From Streptomycetales bacterium (GTDB lineage Bacteria; Actinomycetota; Actinomycetes; JBOHCZ01), in the NCBI GenBank assembly GCA_050699195.1, contig JBOHCZ010000351.1, forward strand, positions 1-33,500: DNA of 33,500 nt, given 5' to 3'. Of the stretch, positions 25,182 to 32,172 are shown piece by piece; positions within the stretch are counted from its first letter, which is position 1; each line of letters begins with the position of its first letter. A program made the position numbers and the translations under genes. The notes beneath the pieces were generated by a model. That model was given only the letters and a program-made list of their open reading frames with translations, was not told where the DNA came from and did no database searches.

Positions 25182-26294
25182 CTAGTTGGTCGTCACGCCG
25201 TACTCGTTCTCGAGCATGCTGTTGACCTGCTCGCGAATCCGGCTGTCGATCGCGAAAGCCTCCTCGACCTGCTTCTCGACCTCCTGGCCGGAGTACATGG
25301 GATAGCCACCGAGTACCTCGACCGACTGCTTCTTGAACTCCGGATCGGACCGGATGTCGTCGACCGCGCTGTAGAACTTGCTGGCGACGGCGTCCGGCGT
25401 TCCTTGCGGGGCCCACAGCCCCTTCTGGTAGTCATAACCCGCGGCCAGGAAGGAGAGGTAGGCCTCGTAGATCGGCCCGGACGGGGGCTCGCCGTACCAC
25501 CGTTCGTAGACCTCGGGCACGGTGGGGAGATCGGGAAATGCCGGGTCGCGCTCGACGCTGCCGTCCTCGGCGACCGTCCCGAAGCTCATCAGGGGGACTA
25601 CCTTGCCCTCGTCGACGAGCGGTTCCACGTCGGTCTTGTACGCGGAGGTGGTCTGGTAGTCGATGTTGACCTCGCCACGCTGGAAGCTGAGCAAGGCGGT
25701 TTCCCGGCCCTCAAAACCGAATGTCGTGTCGACGTCGGTCTTGAGAAGCTCGAATGCCAGCAGGGTCGACGCGTCGAGCCCCGTCGCACTGATCCCTGCG
25801 TACTTCAGGTTGGCGTCCGTAGTCCTGAGGTCATCGACATTCCGGATGCCCGTCGACGGGGACGTGTAGATGACGGCACCTGTGCCGTTGAGGATGAGCG
25901 GCTTCATCTTGGAGAAGTCGAACTCGACCTCACTGCGGTCCAGGAGATCCTGGAAATAGGTCGTCCCGGAGCTACCGAGCAGTGTCGCAGCGTCGGGAGC
26001 CGCCTCTGCGACAAAACGGTTCGTCCCCGTGATGCTCTCACCGCCAGGAACGTTCTCCACGATCACCGAGGGCTCCCCCGCCAGGTGCTTCTCCAGGTAG
26101 GGGGCCAGGACCCGGGCCCAGGTGTCGGTCCCCCCGCCCTTCTCGAACGGCACCATGATCGTGATGCGGTCCGGTACCTCGCCCGCACCGCTCTGGACGC
26201 CTGCCCCGCAACCTGCGAGTGCCAGCGCGAGGGCGGATGCGGCCGCGGCCGCACGACCTCCCGCGGCCGCTCGCGTGTGCTTGCGTCGACGCAT
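25182..26294 (-). CDS. tctC: Tripartite tricarboxylate transporter substrate-binding lipoprotein (TctC/Bug family)
   Basis: 370 aa. Signal peptide with lipobox (ALALALAGCGAG). Bug/TctC-like core (ITIMVPFEKGGGTDTWARVLAPYLEKHL...). GAGAAGGGA RBS before the ATG at 26294. Confidence 0.8.
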   Translation of the reverse strand: MRRRKHTRAAAGGRAAAAASALALALAGCGAGVQSGAGEVPDRITIMVPFEKGGGTDTWARVLAPYLEKHLAGEPSVIVENVPGGESITGTNRFVAEAAPDAATLLGSSGTTYFQDLLDRSEVEFDFSKMKPLILNGTGAVIYTSPSTGIRNVDDLRTTDANLKYAGISATGLDASTLLAFELLKTDVDTTFGFEGRETALLSFQRGEVNIDYQTTSAYKTDVEPLVDEGKVVPLMSFGTVAEDGSVERDPAFPDLPTVPEVYERWYGEPPSGPIYEAYLSFLAAGYDYQKGLWAPQGTPDAVASKFYSAVDDIRSDPEFKKQSVEVLGGYPMYSGQEVEKQVEEAFAIDSRIREQVNSMLENEYGVTTN

Positions 26295-26381
26295 CAGTGG
26301 TCCCTTCTCGTCGTTTTGACGCGCACCCGAACGAAGGCCGGTAGCCGGTCGCCCTGCCCTCCCGGCATGTGCGTGCAGGAA

Positions 26382-26410
26382 CGTCTAGCATGCATGCACC
26401 TAGCACGCAA
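26382..26410 (-). promoter_or_regulatory. Candidate tctC promoter with a GCATGCATGC palindrome in the spacer
   Basis: On the minus strand: TTGCGT (26410-26405), a 17-nt spacer containing TGCATGCA (26391-26398), then TAGACG (26387-26382). An ACGCAA-GAG-TTGCGT inverted repeat at 26405-26419 overlaps the -35. Confidence 0.35.
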
Positions 26411-26459
26411 GAGTTGCGTACAGCGGGCGGAAGGGACGGCCGAGCCAGCGCGGCCGCGG

Positions 26460-27209
26460 TCAGGCGCCGAGGAGCGACCTGACGCGCAGATCCCGGGCGC
26501 TGGTCATGTGATCGCGGGCCGCCTGGTCGGCGGCCTCGGAGTCACCGGCCGCGATCGCCCGGATGACGGCCTCGTGCTCATCGACGGTCGCCTCGGGACG
26601 CCCGCGGAAGCTGAAGGTGGTGCCGGGGATGCGTCGCACCGCGTGCTCCACCTGCGTGAGGAAGCGTTCCAGGTAGGGGTTGCCGGTCGCGGTACGGATG
26701 GCGCGGTGGAACTCGAGGTTCAACGAGGCCAGCTTGTCCGGCTGGTCGAGCACGGCCCGCATCCGGTCCTGGTTGTCCTCGAGCTCGGCCACCAGGCCGG
26801 CAGGCCTGCGGTTGGCGGCGAGCCGGGCCGCGAGACCCTCCAGGTTCCGGCGCACGATGTAGACCGCGAGGATGTCCTCGACCGTCATGGAGGCGACGAC
26901 GGTGCCCTGGTGGGCCGTCTTGTTCACCAGCCCCTCGTCGTCGAGACGACGCAGCGCCTCGCGGATCGGGGTACGGCTCACGGACAGGTCGCGGGCCAGG
27001 TCACCCTCCCTGATCCAGGTGCCCGGCGGCATCGCACCGTCCAGGATGGCCTCGCGCAGCGCGTCGGTCACCAGGTCGGTGGTGCTCCCCCGCCGCGGAT
27101 CGGAGCGCAGGTAGCCGGCCAGACCGGGGACCGATGCCGTGCGCCCCGTGCGGCGCCGGCCGCCGGCCCGGCGACGCTGCGGACCCGACGACCCGTGACT
27201 GGTGGTCAT
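26460..27209 (-). CDS. GntR-family (FadR/FCD subfamily) transcriptional regulator
   Basis: 249 aa. wHTH (GDLARDLSVSRTPIREALRRLDDEGLVNKTAHQGTVV) plus an FCD-like domain. There is no SD-like sequence before the ATG at 27209. Confidence 0.85.
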   Translation of the reverse strand: MTTSHGSSGPQRRRAGGRRRTGRTASVPGLAGYLRSDPRRGSTTDLVTDALREAILDGAMPPGTWIREGDLARDLSVSRTPIREALRRLDDEGLVNKTAHQGTVVASMTVEDILAVYIVRRNLEGLAARLAANRRPAGLVAELEDNQDRMRAVLDQPDKLASLNLEFHRAIRTATGNPYLERFLTQVEHAVRRIPGTTFSFRGRPEATVDEHEAVIRAIAAGDSEAADQAARDHMTSARDLRVRSLLGA

Positions 27210-27215
27210 GGGGGC

Positions 27216-27221
27216 AGATTA
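27216..27221 (-). promoter_or_regulatory. Candidate -10 hexamer (TAATCT) placed for a leaderless GntR transcript
   Basis: TAATCT on the minus strand ends 6 nt before the A of the ATG at 27209. No recognisable -35. Confidence 0.3.
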
Positions 27222-27257
27222 CCCACTGCGTGGGCATCGGGGGATGGCGGTGCACAC

Positions 27258-27286
27258 TTGACACAATTGCATGCAACGTGCATTCT
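27258..27286 (+). promoter_or_regulatory. Candidate promoter of the TcuA-like/dehydrogenase operon with a TTGCATGCAA palindrome in the spacer
   Basis: TTGACA (27258-27263), a 17-nt spacer containing the perfect 10-bp palindrome TTGCATGCAA (27267-27276), then CATTCT (27281-27286). A further GCATGC lies at 27293-27298. Confidence 0.4.
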
Positions 27287-27331
27287 CCTGGCGCATGCTC
27301 GCCCACTGAAGCGTTGGCTCCCGGAGGGGTC

Positions 27332-28816
27332 GTGTCTGGAGACCAGGTTCGGCGCGTCGTCGTGGTGGGCGCGGGCAACGCGGCCTTCTGCGCCGCGCTG
27401 GCGGCGCAGGAGCTGGGCGCGGAGGTCGTCGTTCTCGAACGCGCGCCCCGCGACCTGCGCGGAGGTAACACCGCCTTCACGGCTGGCGCGATGCGCTTCG
27501 CCTACCGTGGGGCCGAGGACATCCAGGCGCTCGTCCCCGATCTCGCCGGCGAGCAGCTCGCGACGACGGATTTCGGTTCCTACCCGGAGGAGTCGTTCTT
27601 CGACGACCTCGCACGGGTCACGGAGTACCGCGCCGATCCCGAGCTGGTCGATCTGCTGGTCAGCCGCAGCTTCGAAACCCTGCGGTGGATGGCCACCCAG
27701 GGGGTGCGTTTCGTGCCCATCTACGGCCGGCAGGCCTTCAAGGTCGACGGACGTTTCACCTTCTGGGGCGGGCTGACCCTGGAGTGCGTCGGCGGGGGCC
27801 CGGGACTCGTGGACGCACTCACGGCCAGCGCGCAGCGGGCCGGGATCCGCATCGAGTACGGCGCCCGCGCCCTCGAGCTGATGGCCGATGACGCCGGTGT
27901 GCACGGCGTCGTCTTCCGCCAGGGCGGCCGCACCCAGCGGGTCGGCGCCGACGCCGTGGTGCTGGCCAGCGGGGGGTTCGAGGCGAACCTCGAATGGCGT
28001 ACCCGCTACCTCGGCCCGGGATGGGATCTCGCCAAAGTAAGGGGCAGCTCGTACAACACCGGGGACGGGATCCGGATGGCGCTCGACATCGGGGCCAGCC
28101 CGGCCGGGCACTGGTCGGGCTGCCATGCCGTGGGATGGGAGCTCAACGCGCCCGAGTTCGGTGACCTGGCGGTGGGCGACCAGTTCCAGAAGCACAGCTA
28201 CCCCTTCGGGGTCCTGGTCAACGCCGACGGGCGGCGGTTCGTCGACGAGGGCGCGGACTTCCGGAACTACACCTACGCCAGGTACGGCCGGGTGATCCTG
28301 GAACAGCCGCGGCAGTTCGCCTGGCAGATCTTCGACGCCAAGGTGGCCCACCTGCTGCGGGACGAGTACCGGATCCGGCAGGTCACCAAGGTCTCCGCGG
28401 ACTCACTCGAGGAGCTCGCTGGCCGGCTGGACGGCGTCGACGCTGCCGGGTTCCTCGCAACCGTCCGCGAGTTCAACCGGGCCGTGGCGGACGAGGTGCC
28501 GTTCAACCCGAACGTCAGGGACGGCCGGCGGACGCTCGGACTGGACGTGCCCAAGTCGAACTGGGCCAACCCGATCGACACCCCCCCTTTCGAGGCCTAC
28601 GCCGTGACGTGCGGCATCACGTTCACCTTCGGCGGCCTGCGGATCACCCCCGACGCGCAGGTCGTCGACACCGACATGGCCCCGATCCCCGGCCTGTTCG
28701 CCGCGGGCGAGCTCGTCGGCGGCCTCTTCTACTTCAACTACCCGGGCGGTACGGGCCTGACGAGCGGCGCGGTGTTCGGGCGCATCGCGGGAAACTCCGC
28801 GGCGTCCGCGCGATGA
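27332..28816 (+). CDS. FAD-dependent dehydrogenase of the fumarate-reductase flavoprotein superfamily, TcuA (tricarballylate dehydrogenase)-like
   Basis: The listed ORF starts at 27134, which is antisense to the GntR gene. GTG at 27332 follows GGAGGGG. N-terminus RVVVVGAGNAAFCAALAAQELGAEVVVLERAP...GGNTAFTAG, and C-terminal GLFAAGELVGG motif. Confidence 0.7.
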   Translation: MSGDQVRRVVVVGAGNAAFCAALAAQELGAEVVVLERAPRDLRGGNTAFTAGAMRFAYRGAEDIQALVPDLAGEQLATTDFGSYPEESFFDDLARVTEYRADPELVDLLVSRSFETLRWMATQGVRFVPIYGRQAFKVDGRFTFWGGLTLECVGGGPGLVDALTASAQRAGIRIEYGARALELMADDAGVHGVVFRQGGRTQRVGADAVVLASGGFEANLEWRTRYLGPGWDLAKVRGSSYNTGDGIRMALDIGASPAGHWSGCHAVGWELNAPEFGDLAVGDQFQKHSYPFGVLVNADGRRFVDEGADFRNYTYARYGRVILEQPRQFAWQIFDAKVAHLLRDEYRIRQVTKVSADSLEELAGRLDGVDAAGFLATVREFNRAVADEVPFNPNVRDGRRTLGLDVPKSNWANPIDTPPFEAYAVTCGITFTFGGLRITPDAQVVDTDMAPIPGLFAAGELVGGLFYFNYPGGTGLTSGAVFGRIAGNSAASAR

Positions 28817-29904
28817 CGGACGCCGCACCGCCGCGCCGGCGACGCATCGCACTGATGGAGGGCGATGGCATCGGGCCCGAGCTGATCGAGAGCGCCGTGG
28901 CGGTGCTCGACGCCGTCACGGCCGGCTGTCCCGGTCCCGCGTTCGAGTTCCGGCACGAACGTGGCGGGGCGGCGCACTTCCGGCGCAGCGGCCAGGCCCT
29001 CTCACCGGAGACGCTGGCACGACTTCGCAGCGCCTACGACGCGCTCCTCAAGGGCCCGGTGGGGCTGCCCGACGTACGCGCTCCCGACGGCACCGAGGCG
29101 GGGCTGCTCGGAGGGGTCCTCCGCCCGGGGCTCGACACCTATGCCAACATCCGCCCGATCAAACTCCTCCCCGGCGTGCCGGCCCCGCTGCGGCTCTCCC
29201 CCGGCTCGGTCGACTACGTCATCGTGCGGGAGAACACCGAGGGCCTCTACGCGTCACGGCAGGGCGGAGCCCGTACGGCCTTCGCGGCCAGCGACTCGCT
29301 CCTCGTGACCAGGACGGGAGTGGAACGCGTCGCGCACCGCGCCTTCGGGCTCGCGCGCGGCCGTTCTGGCGCGCCGCGCGACGGCGTCCGCAGGGTCACC
29401 TGCGTCGACAAGAGCAACGTGCTGCGCAGCTTCGCCCTCTTCCGTGCCGTTTTCGACGAGGTCGCGGCGGACTACCCCGACATCGAGGCCGACCACCTTT
29501 ACGCCGACGCGGCCGCACAGGCCCTCGTCGTCGAGCCGGACAGGTTCGACGTCGTCGTCACCGAGAACTTCCTGGGCGACATCCTCAGCGACCTCGGCGC
29601 CGGCACGGTCGGCGGCGTCGGACTGTGCGGGTCGGCCAACGTCGGCGACGCCCACGCGTACTTCGAGCCGTTGCACGGCAGCGCGCCGACCATCGCCGGG
29701 CAGGACCGCGCGAACCCCACCTCGCAGATCCTCTCCGCCGCGATGATGCTCGACCACCTCGGGGAGCACTCGGGAGCACGTGCCGTCCGGACGGCCGTCG
29801 AGTCCGCGTACGCCGACGGTGCGATCACGCTCGACGCGTACGGCCGGCCGTCCTGCGGCACCCGTGGCGTGACCGCCCGGGTCGTGGAGCGGGTCCGCGG
29901 ATGA
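28813..29904 (+). CDS. Isocitrate/isopropylmalate/tartrate dehydrogenase family (beta-decarboxylating dehydrogenase)
   Basis: ATG at 28813 forms an ATGA overlap with the upstream stop (28813-28816). Family motifs include RIALMEGDGIGPELIESAV, YANIRP, VRENTEGLY, ENFLGDILSDL. 363 aa. Confidence 0.85.
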   Translation: MTDAAPPRRRRIALMEGDGIGPELIESAVAVLDAVTAGCPGPAFEFRHERGGAAHFRRSGQALSPETLARLRSAYDALLKGPVGLPDVRAPDGTEAGLLGGVLRPGLDTYANIRPIKLLPGVPAPLRLSPGSVDYVIVRENTEGLYASRQGGARTAFAASDSLLVTRTGVERVAHRAFGLARGRSGAPRDGVRRVTCVDKSNVLRSFALFRAVFDEVAADYPDIEADHLYADAAAQALVVEPDRFDVVVTENFLGDILSDLGAGTVGGVGLCGSANVGDAHAYFEPLHGSAPTIAGQDRANPTSQILSAAMMLDHLGEHSGARAVRTAVESAYADGAITLDAYGRPSCGTRGVTARVVERVRG

Positions 29905-29995
29905 CGGTCAGGCGATGGTGACCACGGAGCCGCCGCACTCCTGCGGCGCCGAGGGGTAGCGGTCGAACACGACCGGGTCATGGCCCGGAAAGTCC

Positions 29996-30724
29996 ATGAC
30001 GACAACACCGGCACCGGCGGCGGCATCAGCAAGCGAGACCATGCCTCCCGAAGGGCGCAGGGCGTTGCTTGGTGCATGGATGGGCTTCTACGTCGACATG
30101 TTCGACATCTACCTGCCGATCATCGCCCTGGCGCCCGCTGCCGCGTACTTCCAGGCCACGGACGCGTCGGCGGGCACCGCCGCGCTCATCGCAGCGATGA
30201 TCTTCGCCGCTGCCCTCCTCGGCCGCCCGGTCGGTGCCGTGATCTTCGGCCACCTCGGCGACAAGATCGGCCGCCGGCGGACCGCGATCACCGCCGTGAC
30301 CGGCTTCGGCACCGTTACCTTGGCGATCGCGGCGCTGCCGGGTTACGAGTCATTCGGCCTGGCCGCGGTCTGGCTGCTGATCGCGCTGCGGTTCATCGAC
30401 GGCATCTTCCTCGGCGGTGAGTACACCGCCGCCAGCCCACTCGCGCTGGAGTACAGCCCCAAGCACAAGCGCGGCCTCTACGGCGCGTTCATCATGACCG
30501 GCTACCCGCTGGCCTACTGCTCGATCGCGCTGATCACCTTCGGGCTCCTGCAGGTGGTGCCCGCAGGGGGGCTGCACTCGCCGTACGTGCAGTGGGGCTG
30601 GCGGATTCCCTTCGTCTTCGGCGCCCTGCTGGCCTTCGGGTTCGTCGCGTGGTACGCGCTGTTCGTCAAGGAGTCCGTGGCGTGGGAGGACGCGCCCAAG
30701 ACCTGGGCGACCCGTACTACCTGA
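29996..30724 (+). pseudogene. 3'-truncated MFS transporter (metabolite:H+ symporter-like), N-terminal six-helix half only
   Basis: 242 aa with six TM segments and the MFS loop motif GHLGDKIGRRR. It ends shortly after TM6 (...LFVKESVAWEDAPKTWATRTT). Typical family members are about 430 aa. The stop overlaps the convergent small ORF of the mobile patch. Confidence 0.6.
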
Positions 30725-30944
30725 CCGTACGTCGCGCGGACGCGACGTGCAGGCACAGCGCCCCCAGATCTGTGTAGACCGCGAGCTCGTCGGGGTCGAC
30801 GTCGTGGCGAAGCGCGGCGCACCACAGCGAGTCGAGCAAGCAGGCCGCGAAGTCTGCCTCGGCCAGGCTGAACGGCGAGAAGTCGACCGCCGCCTCGGCG
30901 ATCGCTTCGCGGGCACGAACGAGGGGGTGGGTTGGCGGGCGCAT
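30717..30944 (-). CDS. Hypothetical 75-aa protein (copy 1 of a duplicated small ORF)
   Basis: ATG at 30944 (MRPPTHPLVRAREAIAEA...LLDSLWCAALRHDVDPDELAVYTDLGALCL...). GC3-rich codons on the minus strand. A paralogous copy lies at 31595-31810. No family recognised. Confidence 0.4.
   Translation of the reverse strand: MRPPTHPLVRAREAIAEAAVDFSPFSLAEADFAACLLDSLWCAALRHDVDPDELAVYTDLGALCLHVASARRTVR
30727..30750. other. Strong hairpin 3 nt after the truncated MFS stop
   Basis: GTACGTCGCG-CGGA-CGCGACGTGC: 10-bp stem (one G-T pair), 4-nt loop, no U-tract. It lies inside the last codons of the minus-strand small ORF. Confidence 0.4.
30781..30838. repeat. Direct repeat, copy 1 (core of the duplicated small ORF)
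   Basis: Roughly four-fifths identical by eye to 31671-31725, with one 3-nt indel (GCGAGCTCGTCGGGGTCGACGTCGTGGCG...GAGTCGAG). Confidence 0.8.
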
Positions 30945-31040
30945 CGTTCGATCGTACGGAAGTGATCTATGGGTGTCCATGGGTACCCGTACGTACTTCC
31001 GCTCATCAGGGGTTGCCCAAACGTGCCTACCCTCGTGGGT

Positions 31041-31271
31041 GTGATCGAGTTCAGCCCCGACCGGCCCGTCTGGCAGCAGGTCGCCGACGTCATCGCCGAG
31101 CGCATCGCGGACGGCACGTATGCCCCCCGCCGCCCGATACCCAGCGAGAAGCAACTGGTGGCCGAGTTCGGGATCGCGCGCGGCACCGCTCGCAAGGTGA
31201 TCGCGGGTCTGCGGGCCGAGGGACTGATCTACACCGTGGCCAACCTCGGGAGTTTCGTGTCCGAGCGGTAG
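31041..31271 (+). CDS. Mini GntR-type winged-HTH protein (DNA-binding domain only, ~76 aa)
   Basis: VIEFSPDRPVWQQVADVIAERIADGTYAPRRPIPSEKQLVAEFGIARGTARKVIAGLRAEGLIYTVANLGSFV is a complete GntR wHTH with no effector domain. The listed ORF begins at 30969; GTG at 31041 or 31035 is more likely. It could also be a truncated regulator. Confidence 0.6.
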   Translation: MIEFSPDRPVWQQVADVIAERIADGTYAPRRPIPSEKQLVAEFGIARGTARKVIAGLRAEGLIYTVANLGSFVSER

Positions 31272-31332
31272 GTCCCGCACAGGCAATCTGTGGTGTCGAC
31301 TTAGGACCAGAGTTTCGGACGAAGACTTACCG

Positions 31333-31584
31333 ATGACTGTGTTCGTACCGATCAGCGAAGGGCCGGCTATCCGAGCTGGTGAAGACCTCCAGCGAACAGG
31401 ACGTGCTGCTGATGCGTCACGGCCGGCCTGCTGCGGTGGTCACCTCCGCGGAGCGCCACGACGCGCTGCTCGAGGAGATCGACGATCTCAAGGACCGCCT
31501 GTCCATTCACGAGCGTGAGCACTGACCGTCAGCCTTGAGGACCTCCAAGCCGAGCTCGGGTTGTCACGCAACCGTGTTCAGTAG
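31333..31584 (+). pseudogene. Phd/YefM-family antitoxin disrupted by two frameshifts
   Basis: Frame 1 gives MTVFVPISE (31333-31359). Frame 2 gives AKGRLSELVKTSSEQDVLLMRHGRPAAVVTSAERHDALLEEIDDLKDRLSIHEREH (31355-31522, stop 31523-31525). Frame 1 then gives LTVSLEDLQAELGLSRNRVQ (31522-31581, stop 31582-31584). Confidence 0.6.
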
Positions 31585-31594
31585 TGACGGAACC

Positions 31595-31810
31595 CTACGC
31601 GCTGGGTGTGCTTGTCCGGCGAGCCTTCAGCGTCAACGCGAGGCACGCGTCTGGGAGGTCGACCAGGACGGCGAGCTCGTCGGAGTCGACGTCGTGGCGG
31701 ATCGCGCACCACAAGGAGTCGAGTAGCTCGGCGACTGCGTCGGGGATCGGCGCGAGCAGCGCGTCCCGCGCCTCGACGATGTCCCCTCGGGCTTGGATGT
31801 AGCCGGTATG
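31595..31810 (-). pseudogene. Copy 2 of the duplicated small ORF, lacking its own start codon
   Basis: HTGYIQARGDIVEARDALLAPIPDAVAELLDSLWCAIRHDVDSDELAVLVDLPDACLALTLKARRT... aligns with copy 1 over its whole length. There is no in-frame ATG/GTG/TTG at the equivalent N-terminus. The RT fragment follows upstream. Confidence 0.4.
31671..31725. repeat. Direct repeat, copy 2
   Basis: Matches 30781-30838 (see copy 1). Confidence 0.8.
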
Positions 31811-31842
31811 CCAACAGCGTGGCCACGTGGCAGGCCTAAGTC

Positions 31843-32172
31843 GCCTCGCTTGCGGCGCCACTGGATGCGGAACCCTAGGAAGTCGAACCCATCGGCCATG
31901 TCCACCACCTGGGTCTTCGCCTCGGATAGGCGCAGCCTCAGGGGAGCGAGCACTTCGGCGATGTCCTCGCGCAGCGCCTGCGTGTCGTGCTCGGTCCCGT
32001 GGACGAGGACGACGAAGTCGTCGGCGTAGCGGACGAGCCGCCACGTCGGCGACCCTTTGCGGCGGGGGTAGACGCGTTTGCCTTCGGTGGACATCGTCCC
32101 GCCCGGCTTCCACGGCCCGTGCAGGTGCTCGTCGAGCGCCGACAGGGCGATGTTGGCCAGCAGCGGTGGGGC
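31843..32172 (-). pseudogene. Group II intron-type reverse transcriptase fragment (RT domains ~4-7 only)
   Basis: PLLANIALSALDEHL...WRLVRYADDFVVLVHGTEHDTQALREDIAEVLAPLRLRLSEAKTQVVDMADGFDFLGFRIQWRRKRG includes the YADD catalytic motif. About 110 aa, with no N-terminal RT domains and no maturase/X domain. Confidence 0.7.

Noticed and set aside
24633-27776. Very long plus-strand ORF (1047 aa)
   Set aside because: It runs antisense or out of frame across four well-supported genes (tctA, tctC, the GntR gene and the TcuA-like gene). Its translation is Arg/Pro/Gly/Ala-rich low complexity with no recognisable motif. This is a typical shadow ORF of high-GC DNA.
31584-31640. Remnant of a RelE/ParE-type toxin starting at the GTG that overlaps the antitoxin stop (VTEPYALGVLVRRAF...)
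   Set aside because: The same DNA encodes, on the minus strand, the C-terminus of small-ORF copy 2. That C-terminus aligns with copy 1 (shared ARRT). The plus-strand resemblance to toxin N-termini is too short and too weak.
31843-32172. Reverse transcriptase as part of a defence system (retron, DRT or Abi-type)
   Set aside because: Only ~110 aa of RT remain, with a group II intron-like sequence around YADD. There is no N-terminal RT half, no adjacent effector and no msr/msd-like structure. It is flanked by an IS fragment and a truncated ORF, so it looks like a scar.
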